IMG/VR virus record: IMGVR_UViG_3300022555_003222
Location: 32,001 to 96,000 of that record
Origin: a virus
Strand: one strand, 5' to 3'
DNA: 64,000 nucleotides
This document shows, piece by piece, positions 10,357 through 21,195 of the stretch; the stretch's first letter is position 1, and every line of letters starts with the position of its first letter. The notes beneath the pieces are model-generated. The model did not search any database. It was not told where the DNA came from and saw only the letters and a list, made by a program, of their open reading frames with translations. Both the position numbers and the translations under genes were made by a program.

Positions 10357-11402
10357 ATTGCTCCTTTGATGGTTCTACTGACAGTGGATTGATTTATTTT
10401 AAGCGTTTTTGCTATTTCTTTTTGAGTGAGTCCAACTTGAGAAAGTTCAACAATGTGTCTTTTGACCTCCTCGCCCATTCTTGGTTTTGTGGGTTTGTAT
10501 TGAATGCCGGTTATATGAGACCAGTGGCTTCCACTTAATATTAAACTAATATTGGCTTTTGCCGTTCTAAATTTTTTAGACAATTTTTCATGTGACCAAC
10601 CTTGCTTATGCAGTTGTACTAATTGTTTAATTTTACTATTTGTAAATGTTGCTTGCGAATGCGTTTCACCAATCTGTGGTTTTTTATTATATGTTTCCAT
10701 GTCTATTTTGTGTTTGAAACAATTCCATTCCACATATGGCTTTATGATATTTATGAAGTCAAAATATGATTTCAGCGGCACATATATAATTTGGTGTCCA
10801 TCTTTAGCACGCACTTTCGATGTAATATTCAAATCTAATCTTAATCTCTCAGATAAAAATTCACATTCATCCCAAGTAAATCCCTGCGTATTCAACGTAA
10901 TATTTCCATCTATTGAATTGGCATATCCATCGTCCATATGCCATACACAAAGAGTGAGTGGCGTAAGTTTTATATCGTGTGGTATGATTTTAACTCTTCG
11001 TTTGTTGCGATATGTATAATGACCATTACAATCTGTGGCATACCATTTATATGACATATCGGTTAAAATTGGATTGCGGTGTGTCGTAAATACATATCCT
11101 ACATATTGAACAAATGCAGTTCGCACATTGCATGGTTGACGTAATTTGTTGTTTATTATTTTGTATTTTGATGATTTGCAATATATTGTCATGTTGCTGT
11201 AAGGCGTTAATTTGTTTATATGCCATTGCATATAATCTATTTTGTCTATTCCAAGTATGTCGAACTTACTTTGAGATTTTATCAAACTTCCATTGTGATT
11301 TGGCTTCCCGCTGTGCCCAATGGATGCATCTCCCAATAAAGAGCCATTGATGATTTCTATTTGTTCGCAAGTAAGAGGTGGCAATATTAGATATGGTTTC
11401 AT
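10335..11402 (-). mobile_element. free-standing LAGLIDADG (LAGLIDADG_2-type) homing endonuclease with C-terminal HTH domains
   Basis: IINGSLLGDASI and LCVWHMDDG motifs, LNTQGF, C-terminal HTH (LTQKEIAKTLKINQSTVSR); sits between two intact structural genes. Confidence 0.85.
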
Positions 11403-11410
11403 ATCATTAT

Positions 11411-11439
11411 ATAGTAACATATATGCAAATATTTTGCAA
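11411..11439 (-). promoter_or_regulatory. sigma70-like promoter for the homing endonuclease
   Basis: minus strand TTGCAA-17 nt-TACTAT with TG extension, just upstream of ATG 11402. Confidence 0.4.
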
Positions 11440-11446
11440 CTTGCCA

Positions 11447-11923
11447 TTAGATGAAGCTTTGCCTCCAACTCCATGTAATTTGCATTAAGCTGGTTTTTGT
11501 TAGGGTTGGAAATGTTACCATGCTGTAAAGCTGCCCATTTGCCATTTGTAAACCCATTTCACTTAAATCATACCCGTTGGCATCTTCAAATCCCATAACA
11601 GCTACAAAAATTACTTGAGAAACTATACTGTTATCAATAACCGGACTTACGTATAATTGTGCTCTAGTATTTCCAAACAGACTAGTACGGGTGCTATCAA
11701 CAAATCGTTCGCTACCGGCATCCATGCCATTATCACCAAAGACCATAAATCGAATGTAATAATTATATCCATCTCCATATTGATTGGCCAAACTATAGGT
11801 CAATGCCATCTTGCCGCCGTCTAAAACAGTATTTCGAAAATAAGCTGTTTCTTTCGTGCCGTCTTTATATTCAATCGCTCGGATAATATTACCCTTTGTT
11901 TTAATGGGATCAATTATGTTCAT
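11447..11923 (-). CDS. baseplate/tail-fibre attachment protein
   Basis: NTVLDGG..L...MVFGD.G...LSEMGL..ANGQLYS...F..LTK....ITW pattern of tail-collar/baseplate proteins. Confidence 0.55.
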   Translation of the reverse strand: MNIIDPIKTKGNIIRAIEYKDGTKETAYFRNTVLDGGKMALTYSLANQYGDGYNYYIRFMVFGDNGMDAGSERFVDSTRTSLFGNTRAQLYVSPVIDNSIVSQVIFVAVMGFEDANGYDLSEMGLQMANGQLYSMVTFPTLTKTSLMQITWSWRQSFI

Positions 11924-14900
11924 CGCTCTCCTTCCATTGTATGGAATATGTAATATTTTCTTTCTGAGCAACCAAATTTGTAATTTGGTTTCCAGATTGA
12001 TCGTTTGTCATATTTTGCGCCCATGCCCAAAATGCCATTGGCGTACTATTTACTGTAGTTAATTCAATAAGACTCTTGCCACGCCGGTCTAATTTATCAC
12101 TTTGCCAATTGAGATCGCCAATGGGAAATTCACCAAAGGTATGTACTGGGGTTGTTATCTTATCTGGTCTGTATACACTGAATAGTTTTCTATCATATTT
12201 ATGTATGGTGAAAGAAACTGGTGTAGCGGTAGTTTTCCACGTGGATTGTGCCGGGCCTATCAATGTGATTGTGGTGCCAATAATGCTATCAATATTATAG
12301 TATTGACTGCCGATTACTATTAAGAAGTTTTCTTTGAAATTGTTGATTAAATCCTCGTACACAGGCGATCCTCCACTGCCATTATCAATAACCAAATATG
12401 ATTCATAATCAACTGTTGTTGTTAAAGTAAGACCCTGATATACAAAAAATCCAATTTCATTATCTATTAATCTTCTATAGACAGTAATGGGATTACCTGA
12501 AGCATCGCCTCCAGAATATCCACTTACATAAAATTTAAGTAAAGAATCAGACACAAATCCAATAATTGGATATTGCGTTCCGCCATAAAGGGCATAATTT
12601 CCTTCACGCATTACACTTCTCAAATCCATACCGGTGATGTCATTTTCAACACATACTATTGTTCTTCCAGTTAATTTCCAATTGCCTGTAGAAGCAGCAT
12701 ATTCTGTTGTGCCACTAGCATTATGGATTACATAAGAAATAACGGGTGCGGCAATGGTCGGAGTAGAACCATCTAATATAATCGTGCCATCTGAAAGCAT
12801 GTGATCAACAATATAAAATGGTCCACTTCCATTTAATTGAACACTCCACGCACTCCCCGATCTAATGTGTGATGGATTGTGTAAAACATCCCATTGTGTT
12901 TTAATGTTAAGGGACAGCAAGGTGTCTAAATGTGTGCTATCTAATAATCCAAACTCTTTAGTGAAAGAAGCAGTTCTGCTCTCTCCTGGATATGGATATT
13001 GTAAATTAGAAAGTCTAAATGTAAAAGGATTAGTGGGTTGTTCTATCGTTGAACCTGTCACAATAGAAATTTGTGCGTAATGGCCATCAGGATCAAGTAG
13101 GTCATATTTATTACCCGAATTGTTTCCACTCAATATTTCTAGTAGATTATTACCGGTCGGTGGACTAGGATTCATCTGAATGTTTTGCAGATTGTGACTC
13201 GGGCAAAAGAATGCAATGTGATCATAATAACCGTTACCAGAATCAATAATGGGGAATGGGGCAGTTCCATCTTCAGTGGTCAAGTCAGTTCGTTCGGCTT
13301 GTGCTGCTAATATCATATCTCGATTAATAGACATTTGACCTTCGCCAGCTATTATCATGTCTTCTTGGCCTATTTGCATAATAGCTTCAATTTGTTCTTG
13401 CGGTGGCGGAATAAAATCGTTAACAGATCCACTTAGTATCATAGCGTGTAATTGGAAGTGAAATGGAGTAAATTCTTGTAGTATCTCCATAGCTTCTATA
13501 ATTCTATGATCGCCTAAGTTTTCAATTTCTAGGTCTACTATGTAACTGCTACTCTGACAATAAGTACATGGATCTACAAAATCACAATCTATATCACATG
13601 GATTAAGTGATTCACGGGTACTACCGTTATACTCTTCCATGTTATAAATATTTTCAGAATATGGGAACTCGGTCCTAATATTACCATAAATCAATGGGCT
13701 AAAATATGGATGTCTTGTTGGTATGATCACGTCAAACATTGGATCGTCTTCTTCAATAAGTCTGACATTCCAATTATTTTTGGGACAAGATTGATTTCTC
13801 TCATCTCTCTGATCTGCAAGATCTAAAGGTTTAGTTCGAATATATGTTTCTACGTTTTGTTGGCTGCCAACCGATCTTACTTGATACACCACTCGGAAAC
13901 TGTCTCCTTCTTGCAAAGTGATGCCAGCAGAGGCTCCACTTCCAATCCATCGCAATTCTGTTGTGCCATCTCCCAAATCAACAAATTGAATATAATCTAA
14001 AGGACTGTCCAATCGTACCCATTCGTGCCTTTCATTGGGTAACGTCCCTGCGGGATCTGCATACCGATAATACAATTCTAAATTATTTCCATCAATAGGA
14101 AAAATTGCTTGTTTTTCTAAAGTAAAGGTGTTAATTAATGGATCTACCACGTTAAACAGTTCTTGCCATGTATAAGGGGAGATTACCTGCCACATCCTAG
14201 TCAGCTTTAATAGATTAATCCCAGCTAAACTCATTGCTTCTCGTAAAGCTGAAATGGTTCCTTTCTTTTTGAAAAGAGGTATGGCTCTTTTGATTTGTCC
14301 TCGCCAAAGCGTTGGATCTTCACTTTTGAGTTTGAGATTAAACAAATTACTTAAATAGGGTAGAAGTGCTTCGTGCGTACTGTTGGCATCTTGTAAATCC
14401 ACCAATTGATTAGCCATATTTTCCAAAAAGGTAAATCCTTTGGCTATTGCAGCATTTAATTCGTGCAAGACTTGTGGAGCAAGATCAGAATCCGAAAGGC
14501 TCATCTTGAAAACTTCCGGTAAATATCTTTCTAATAAAATATCATATTTATCTGGAACGGTATAATGAGATGGGATGCTGGTGGTTAACTGCGTGTTGCC
14601 GTACAGTGTAAAGTGTATATGTGCTGTTCTGGTTTCACCATTTGCTACGGGGCTCCATGTCCAACAGATGAAGTAGTCGCCCTCTCGCATTCCCAACGGT
14701 TCCCAATGAAGCTCAAAATGTCCACATTGAGTATTACCATCAACATCTTCATCAATTAAAATTAATCTGTTTTCTCCCCTCACTTTCTTTTGCGTATCAG
14801 CATCATATATGCTTGTGGGATCAAGCCAAGCAGGAGTGTTATCTGTACCTATAATTGTTACTGGAACAACTCCTCGATAATAAATAGGCGTGGTGCGGGC

Positions 14901-15194
14901 ACTTTGCGCTAATTTATCTTGTGCGCTTATAAATGCCAAAAGATCTGCTTCAGATCCAGACATGCAATATGTTGTTCTGGCCGCTTCTACATTTGCTTTA
15001 GCTGTATCATCATATATTATCTCATTGTATTCTTCGGCATTACTGCTTTCCGTATTAATTTCAGCATGATAAATGATAACCTTGCTTACTTTATATGGAT
15101 TGCTACTAAAGCAATCTTGATAATCGGGCGTGACGATATCAAAAATTGCTTTATCGGTAATGGTTGGGTTTTCATTTATTCTTTTAAGAGCCAC
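11910..15194 (-). CDS. baseplate wedge protein (P2 gpI / T4 gp7-like)
   Basis: LLPYLSNLF...WRGQIKRAIPLFKKKGTISALREA motif; follows the gp6-like gene. Confidence 0.7.
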   Translation of the reverse strand: MALKRINENPTITDKAIFDIVTPDYQDCFSSNPYKVSKVIIYHAEINTESSNAEEYNEIIYDDTAKANVEAARTTYCMSGSEADLLAFISAQDKLAQSARTTPIYYRGVVPVTIIGTDNTPAWLDPTSIYDADTQKKVRGENRLILIDEDVDGNTQCGHFELHWEPLGMREGDYFICWTWSPVANGETRTAHIHFTLYGNTQLTTSIPSHYTVPDKYDILLERYLPEVFKMSLSDSDLAPQVLHELNAAIAKGFTFLENMANQLVDLQDANSTHEALLPYLSNLFNLKLKSEDPTLWRGQIKRAIPLFKKKGTISALREAMSLAGINLLKLTRMWQVISPYTWQELFNVVDPLINTFTLEKQAIFPIDGNNLELYYRYADPAGTLPNERHEWVRLDSPLDYIQFVDLGDGTTELRWIGSGASAGITLQEGDSFRVVYQVRSVGSQQNVETYIRTKPLDLADQRDERNQSCPKNNWNVRLIEEDDPMFDVIIPTRHPYFSPLIYGNIRTEFPYSENIYNMEEYNGSTRESLNPCDIDCDFVDPCTYCQSSSYIVDLEIENLGDHRIIEAMEILQEFTPFHFQLHAMILSGSVNDFIPPPQEQIEAIMQIGQEDMIIAGEGQMSINRDMILAAQAERTDLTTEDGTAPFPIIDSGNGYYDHIAFFCPSHNLQNIQMNPSPPTGNNLLEILSGNNSGNKYDLLDPDGHYAQISIVTGSTIEQPTNPFTFRLSNLQYPYPGESRTASFTKEFGLLDSTHLDTLLSLNIKTQWDVLHNPSHIRSGSAWSVQLNGSGPFYIVDHMLSDGTIILDGSTPTIAAPVISYVIHNASGTTEYAASTGNWKLTGRTIVCVENDITGMDLRSVMREGNYALYGGTQYPIIGFVSDSLLKFYVSGYSGGDASGNPITVYRRLIDNEIGFFVYQGLTLTTTVDYESYLVIDNGSGGSPVYEDLINNFKENFLIVIGSQYYNIDSIIGTTITLIGPAQSTWKTTATPVSFTIHKYDRKLFSVYRPDKITTPVHTFGEFPIGDLNWQSDKLDRRGKSLIELTTVNSTPMAFWAWAQNMTNDQSGNQITNLVAQKENITYSIQWKESDEHN

Positions 15195-15207
15195 TTGAAC
15201 TCCTCAA

Positions 15208-16791
15208 TTACGTGTAAAACATGGTTATGACAATATTGTTTGGACGAATAATTTCATAGTATCTTGTATCCACATACGTTCCACCATTAGCTTCATCCGA
15301 TAAATTGGTAAAATTAATATTGTAACCATCTACTTGTTTCAAATCCGAAAGCGTTTTAATTAAATCTGTGTCTTTTAATGGTTTGTAATAATCCCAATTG
15401 TTTAGTGAGAAAAATTGTTTTGCCTTGGATTCTATGGATAATTTTATTTCTTCTTCAAATTTTCTATAAGACTTGTCTAATGAGGCTTCAATTGCCACAT
15501 CAACAGAAACTACTATTCCATCCCTAATACACACGAAGTCTGTCAGCATTTTTACATTATTGAGCGCAGTAGAAAATTCAGCTTTAAGTTCTGGACTTGC
15601 TGGTTCCAAATAAAGCGTGTTCCATAAGGCTAAAACATATATATCAATAACGTTTCCTGCACAACCATAATTTCTTAGTACGGCTGTGGATTTGCCAATC
15701 TGTCCATTGTAGGGTGTGACGAATTGGTCAGCAAATGTCTTGTAATCTGTACCGGATACTGCACGATTTTGAGTTCTTAAATACTTTGGAAGTTTGTTTT
15801 TGATATCTTCTAAGGTATCACCATTGTAACCATACTTCCCCTGAGTGTAATTGGTGAAAGAAACTGGAATGTTATACTCTATTCCAGGAGCTTCAGCTTG
15901 CCATTGTGCGACTGAGTAATTGGTCACGATATTACCAATTGTTCCACCGCCAATTCTATAAGTAACTTTTATGGCAGAACCACCAGATGGAATTAATCCT
16001 GCTCGATTATTCCCAAAAATGATATAAGCATACCAATTAGAATCAAATTCTATTCTATATTCCCGTCTAGGATTAGAGTCTGTAAAATAATCCACTTGTT
16101 TCCATAACACCCCATCTATTTCCACTTGTATAGAATCATAAATTACTGGGGATTGAGATAGTGGTAACGACATGGAAATGTTGCCTGTGGACACAAAAGA
16201 TTCATCAGTGGTTGTTCCTTCTAGCCCCACAACGTTTTTGCATTCTATGCTACCAGCGGGGATAACTATCGGCTGATTGAATATAGGATTGAAATTAGAA
16301 TCACATGCGAACAATTCTATGGTTAATGGAGCCCCATCTACAGCTACATCTACAGGCATTGGTGTGGGAATGCTTACATCAACAGCCAATCGATTATTGA
16401 TTGTTCCACTCCAAAGAGATTTAGCTGCAATGGGAGGCTGTGGATAAAATCCTACGAGTCTGGCTAGTCTAAAAACGTTTTCTAATTCAGCTACGGTATC
16501 AATGAAAATTTCATTGGCGATTTGGTCCATTTTGAAAGAAAGTGTATCAGCTAAAAATGCCCAATTCTCAATAAGCATAATAGCAATATCCGATTCCACA
16601 AAATCATTAAATGTATTTGGCAACATCGTACCCGTTGAACCAAATCTTTCTTGTATAAATTGAATCAAACGACTTTTCATTGACCAAAAATCTTGATTTG
16701 TATAATTCAAACTAACGATTTTAGGATTGGTAATATCCGTAGATTGTGCATATGGTGTTATGCTAACCGGACAATTTTCTTGATAATCCAT
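15208..16791 (-). CDS. baseplate wedge subunit (T4 gp6 / P2 gpJ-like)
   Basis: YTNQDFWSMKSRL, LIENWAFLAD.LSF.MD..ANE.FIDT, FGNNRAG.IP, QNRAVSGTDY. Confidence 0.85.
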   Translation of the reverse strand: MDYQENCPVSITPYAQSTDITNPKIVSLNYTNQDFWSMKSRLIQFIQERFGSTGTMLPNTFNDFVESDIAIMLIENWAFLADTLSFKMDQIANEIFIDTVAELENVFRLARLVGFYPQPPIAAKSLWSGTINNRLAVDVSIPTPMPVDVAVDGAPLTIELFACDSNFNPIFNQPIVIPAGSIECKNVVGLEGTTTDESFVSTGNISMSLPLSQSPVIYDSIQVEIDGVLWKQVDYFTDSNPRREYRIEFDSNWYAYIIFGNNRAGLIPSGGSAIKVTYRIGGGTIGNIVTNYSVAQWQAEAPGIEYNIPVSFTNYTQGKYGYNGDTLEDIKNKLPKYLRTQNRAVSGTDYKTFADQFVTPYNGQIGKSTAVLRNYGCAGNVIDIYVLALWNTLYLEPASPELKAEFSTALNNVKMLTDFVCIRDGIVVSVDVAIEASLDKSYRKFEEEIKLSIESKAKQFFSLNNWDYYKPLKDTDLIKTLSDLKQVDGYNINFTNLSDEANGGTYVDTRYYEIIRPNNIVITMFYT

Positions 16792-16792
16792 A

Positions 16793-17212
16793 TTATGAGC
16801 CTCCTAGTGGCACTTCTAATGTCAATTGTTGTATTTCATTAATTTGATCGGGATCAAAAAATGAAATTGATATTCCTAAAATATGTTCTATGTCTTCCAA
16901 GGGATCGTTTACATTAAGATCATCTATTGGTAATCCCATAGTAACGGTAATGTCGCTAATGGTAATTCTTGGTTCCCACATCCTAATAGAGGCCGCTATC
17001 ATATCTTTTGCTAAAGTTATTATTGTTTCGTCGTTAGGTTCAAACATGAGTTCTCTTAATGGCGTGCCATATTCTGGCAACATCACACGCTCACCAGGAT
17101 TGGTCAATAATAAAACCAGTAAATCTGCTTTTACTTGATCAATTCCATTCTGAGTGTGTAAAAATCCTCTTGGATGTTTAATTATTGGATATGGTGCCCC
17201 AAAAAATTTCAT
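16793..17212 (-). CDS. baseplate wedge subunit gp25-like (GPW/gp25)
   Basis: LLLTNPGERVMLPEYGT.L..LMFEP...IRMWEPRI. Confidence 0.9.
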   Translation of the reverse strand: MKFFGAPYPIIKHPRGFLHTQNGIDQVKADLLVLLLTNPGERVMLPEYGTPLRELMFEPNDETIITLAKDMIAASIRMWEPRITISDITVTMGLPIDDLNVNDPLEDIEHILGISISFFDPDQINEIQQLTLEVPLGGS

Positions 17213-17220
17213 TGGTTTCC

Positions 17221-19263
17221 TTACGTATTGGGATTATGTATAAATGGTTGTAACGCCCACACGGGTGCCGTTTGACTTTTTTGAGATGCGGATGCAATTA
17301 CTCTATCGCTAATTGTAATTCCCCAAGGCGTATAGACCAATATGGGGAATGCGCACGGTCCTAAATCTCCACTGTTCATTGATGGACAATCTTTACCAGC
17401 TAGTAAGTAAATCATTTCATCAGCTAAAAACATGTGCGTTCTAGCCTTATTGAAGTATATACCTTTCGTTACTTCCATATAATCTTTGGTGACTACGGTA
17501 ATTTTATTGGCCACCAAACCCTTGTCTTCATCACCAACTACTGTATAATGATGCCTACATGTAGAACAAATATAATTACCACCTACTCGTAAAAACACTA
17601 AAGCATTATCCGGCGTGGCTCTTTCTTGAAATCGCATTAAATGTGGACCACATGGATTGGTGTATTGAGGACAAAAGATCTGTAATGATTGTTGTTGCGT
17701 CTCTTGTTTTTGAGTAGCATTATCATCCATCATAATTTCCATTCCGTAGCCAGAACGGATTTTTACATAGGCTTTTTTGGCCTGAGGAGTGGGTACGCCC
17801 CCGTCTTTTCTCTCAGATTGCTGTTCGTTATCCCAATCGCACAAGTCTATTGTATGATTGCTGGTGCTTTGCATGTGAATGCCACGATGCTCGCCAGCTA
17901 ATTTTCCAGCAGTGGTGTGATCATTTAATTCAATTTTGTTTCCGCATGCTGATAACAATTGAATCCAATTACCCACTTTTTTGTCTTGATACCCTCGAAT
18001 CTTTGATGGCTCTTCCCAGTCATTCATTTCAATTCGATGACCGGTAGTAGAAACCCAAGCGGTCTTTCCAAGAAATCTATTAGTACATCCAAAGTCAAAA
18101 GGCTGAAGACTTCTTTCCCAATTGGGAATGCCTTGTGGTTGTTCAACTGAATCGTCCATCCACAGCGTATGTCCGCTAATAGATAAAAATTGAATTCCCG
18201 TTTGTGGCAACTCACATTTGTTATTCTGAGGTGTGCCAGGACCATTATAAGGTCTCATTTCATTAGCATGCTTAAAGTATGGATTAGCTTTCTTTACCTT
18301 GCAACCAGCGTCACAAGACGTTTGTTCAACAGGTTGTTGTCCACTTGCATCCGTACATGGACATAATTCTACACCGGTGCCGCCCCCTCCTCCCGAAGAT
18401 GGATTTGCCCATTGTGGAGTAGGATGCATGTGATCGTCTTTGAAGATTAGATGATTGCCACAACCACTTTGTATTTCTAATCGCTTCCATCTACGATTAC
18501 ACTTGGGATTGCCATCCACCATCTTCAACATATGCTTTTCTACAGTTTTGAATCCATAAATATGTGGATAACATATCTTTTTAGATGCTTCCGAATCATC
18601 ATCTAAATCTTTTATTGAAGTGAGATCAAATCCATTGTATGATTCTGTATTCCAGGGAGGAAATACCTGTGATTCATCATTGGGACCAACCAAATATCCT
18701 TTTCTATGGCCTTCATGTATTTTGTAATATTCTTCAATGGGATAATCCCACGTATGTTCTCCTGTGGGGCCACGATCTCGATGCCAAGTAGTACCATGAT
18801 AATAAGGTGTAGATCGGCTTCCACGTTCAAAGCTAATAAGCAAAGTCGATCCAGCAGGGGGCACCCAATTTAATCCATTATCATCAAATCCTCCCATTGA
18901 TGAAATGGGATAGGCCCACTCTAATTGTTTAACCTGTGTATCTGGTTTGTTCAATAGCGGACTATAAAATCTAACACGACCCTGTTTCCATATATCCAAT
19001 GTATCAATGCAAAGAGCGGTATACACCCCAAAGAAAGTCTCTGATTGCGCTTGCACTTTCCATCTCTTCTTCACTTCTGTTTGGGCCACTTGTTTCATAT
19101 CAAAGCCCATTTCATAAAACCGGTCTTCAACTGCTTTTAATCTGGCATCAAGACCTTGTACCCAATCAATAATGCTAGCGCTAGATCCACCACCACCTCT
19201 AGCTCTATTGGCTCGACTGGCTGCGGCTCTTGCAATTCCATGTGCATTTGATCCTATTGGCAT
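17221..19263 (-). CDS. baseplate central spike (gp5/VgrG-like OB fold plus beta-helix)
   Basis: GRVRFYSP..WAYP..WVPPAGSTLLISFERG..PYYHG; repeated SGH.(I/L).(M/L).D strands. Confidence 0.75.
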   Translation of the reverse strand: MPIGSNAHGIARAAASRANRARGGGGSSASIIDWVQGLDARLKAVEDRFYEMGFDMKQVAQTEVKKRWKVQAQSETFFGVYTALCIDTLDIWKQGRVRFYSPLLNKPDTQVKQLEWAYPISSMGGFDDNGLNWVPPAGSTLLISFERGSRSTPYYHGTTWHRDRGPTGEHTWDYPIEEYYKIHEGHRKGYLVGPNDESQVFPPWNTESYNGFDLTSIKDLDDDSEASKKICYPHIYGFKTVEKHMLKMVDGNPKCNRRWKRLEIQSGCGNHLIFKDDHMHPTPQWANPSSGGGGGTGVELCPCTDASGQQPVEQTSCDAGCKVKKANPYFKHANEMRPYNGPGTPQNNKCELPQTGIQFLSISGHTLWMDDSVEQPQGIPNWERSLQPFDFGCTNRFLGKTAWVSTTGHRIEMNDWEEPSKIRGYQDKKVGNWIQLLSACGNKIELNDHTTAGKLAGEHRGIHMQSTSNHTIDLCDWDNEQQSERKDGGVPTPQAKKAYVKIRSGYGMEIMMDDNATQKQETQQQSLQIFCPQYTNPCGPHLMRFQERATPDNALVFLRVGGNYICSTCRHHYTVVGDEDKGLVANKITVVTKDYMEVTKGIYFNKARTHMFLADEMIYLLAGKDCPSMNSGDLGPCAFPILVYTPWGITISDRVIASASQKSQTAPVWALQPFIHNPNT

Positions 19264-19278
19264 TATTGTTTCCTCTTA

Positions 19279-20853
19279 TTAACAAGTTGCATTTGGTGGG
19301 TTCCACGCTAAATCGTCTGCACCCAAAGGTCGGCCTGGAGCCAAGTCCAAACCAGGAACGGCTAGTTTCAACTTTAATGTAGTGATGTATGATCCCTCTT
19401 TAATCTGATGATTTACACCCATAATTTGCCAAAACCGATTGCTTAGCACCTTATTGTATTTTGTATCTGCTAAAACTTTCCAGTCATCACATCTTTCTAT
19501 GTTGTTTTCATCACTCCCGCCAAGAGAAAATGGATTAATGACCACTACTGTGGCATATGTGCCAAAGATTTTTGTTACATCCACGTATTCTACATTGGGG
19601 TTACCTTGAATTCTTAGCTCTGCTTCTATAGGCTGAATACCCTCTCGTTGATTATTAGCCTCTCGATGTGACATTTCTGATTTTTCTGATTCTTTTGATG
19701 TTTTTTTTGGCCCATGAATTTCTAAACTTTGTCTGGTGTGTTCTACGCTTCGCATAACACCCGTATTCTGTGTTTGAAATTTACAACCATTTGGTCGAAC
19801 GTTTTTAGCCTTTACACCTCCAGCATTAGCAGCACCTCCAGCATTTCCACCTGTACCAAGTGAAGCAAAAGCTGTAAACCAATTGATGTTCGGAGAAAAG
19901 CTTATAACATTAGAACATTTCCCTCCATTAACAACAAATGTGCCAATAACAGAAGCTTTACCACAAGAAGGCGTACCATGACAATCTATGCCAACATGCT
20001 CCCACATAATACAGGTGGGATCGGTGGCCGTATTATCCCAAGTGAGCACCAATCCTTTATCTTTATCTGTACGGAATGGTTGTACCCATCTAGTCATTGA
20101 TCCTAGTTTATTTTGATTATCAGTTGTCCAAGCATGTTTGGGTTCTGGAGATTTCCATTTCCATTCTCCATTTGTTTGACCATTTTCTTTTCTTTTGTAG
20201 ATGATGTTCATTTTAGGTTCATTGTCTTTCATCATCTTTTTCATGGCTTGTTTCAATTCCAGCTTGTGATTTTCTGCTCCATAAGCCTTATCTTCACGAC
20301 CAACAAATGATACTTGACCTAAATCCAATGCAGTAATGTTATATTTGATTACACCTTGATTAAAACTTACTTCCATATTGCCAATGGCAAAAGTTACAAT
20401 GGGAGACGACTCTACATTCCAGCTTCCATTGCAATTGGTGACTACCCAACCCCACTGACACTGCATGACATACTCTTTAGACACATTTTCCATACACTTG
20501 ATGAGCTTGTCGGCAAATTGCGTAAACGCTCCGCCTTCTTCATCTATTATTTCTACTTTACCTTTGTGACCATCGGTAAATCCATATTCAAAACTTTTAA
20601 TAGCGGCTCGATGTTTAACTGGCATTCCAGGAGCGGATTTGTTACCAACAGTAATCAATGCATTTAGAGTTCCTCCAGACTGTTTTCCAAACGCAACCTT
20701 AACCCACGGAGAAATATTATCACCATGAATGGGCTTGACTACATCGCCGCCAGTGCATTGTGTAAATGGAGCAATAACGCCAGATGTGCAATGATTGTCT
20801 AATTGCGTTCCTGTCGGTCTAACACTACCAAAATCTCTATCCCAAGGATTCAT
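19279..20853 (-). CDS. baseplate hub protein (gp27/gpD-like)
   Basis: C-terminal AELRIQGNP...WQIMGVNHQI..GSYITTLKL motif; gene order. Confidence 0.65.
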   Translation of the reverse strand: MNPWDRDFGSVRPTGTQLDNHCTSGVIAPFTQCTGGDVVKPIHGDNISPWVKVAFGKQSGGTLNALITVGNKSAPGMPVKHRAAIKSFEYGFTDGHKGKVEIIDEEGGAFTQFADKLIKCMENVSKEYVMQCQWGWVVTNCNGSWNVESSPIVTFAIGNMEVSFNQGVIKYNITALDLGQVSFVGREDKAYGAENHKLELKQAMKKMMKDNEPKMNIIYKRKENGQTNGEWKWKSPEPKHAWTTDNQNKLGSMTRWVQPFRTDKDKGLVLTWDNTATDPTCIMWEHVGIDCHGTPSCGKASVIGTFVVNGGKCSNVISFSPNINWFTAFASLGTGGNAGGAANAGGVKAKNVRPNGCKFQTQNTGVMRSVEHTRQSLEIHGPKKTSKESEKSEMSHREANNQREGIQPIEAELRIQGNPNVEYVDVTKIFGTYATVVVINPFSLGGSDENNIERCDDWKVLADTKYNKVLSNRFWQIMGVNHQIKEGSYITTLKLKLAVPGLDLAPGRPLGADDLAWNPPNATC

Positions 20854-20862
20854 TGTTGCTCC

Positions 20863-21195
20863 TTATATTCCATATACATTTGAAGGCAGTCTGATATTCA
20901 CCCCTGACTTGAATTGAAAAATATCTGTCATACCATTCATTTCTAAAATTCTCCACCAAAAATCCACACTTCCATACATTTCTTTAGACACAAGATCAGG
21001 TCTATATTCTAATCCTCCAGGAATGACCATAAACATGTCATTTTCACTGGGAATAATGGATTTGCGTCTATAGGTTGGGAATGTTATTTTATGCAGACTT
21101 CCATAATATATTATTGCAGAATTTGCATATCGACTAGACCCAGATACATATCCATCAATAGGTCTAATGTTAGTTGTAATAATTTGATTTGCCAT
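20863..21195 (-). CDS. baseplate wedge gp53/LysM-like (tail X) protein
   Basis: RPDLVSKEMYGSVDFWWRILEMN...G..IRLP. Confidence 0.8.
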   Translation of the reverse strand: MANQIITTNIRPIDGYVSGSSRYANSAIIYYGSLHKITFPTYRRKSIIPSENDMFMVIPGGLEYRPDLVSKEMYGSVDFWWRILEMNGMTDIFQFKSGVNIRLPSNVYGI

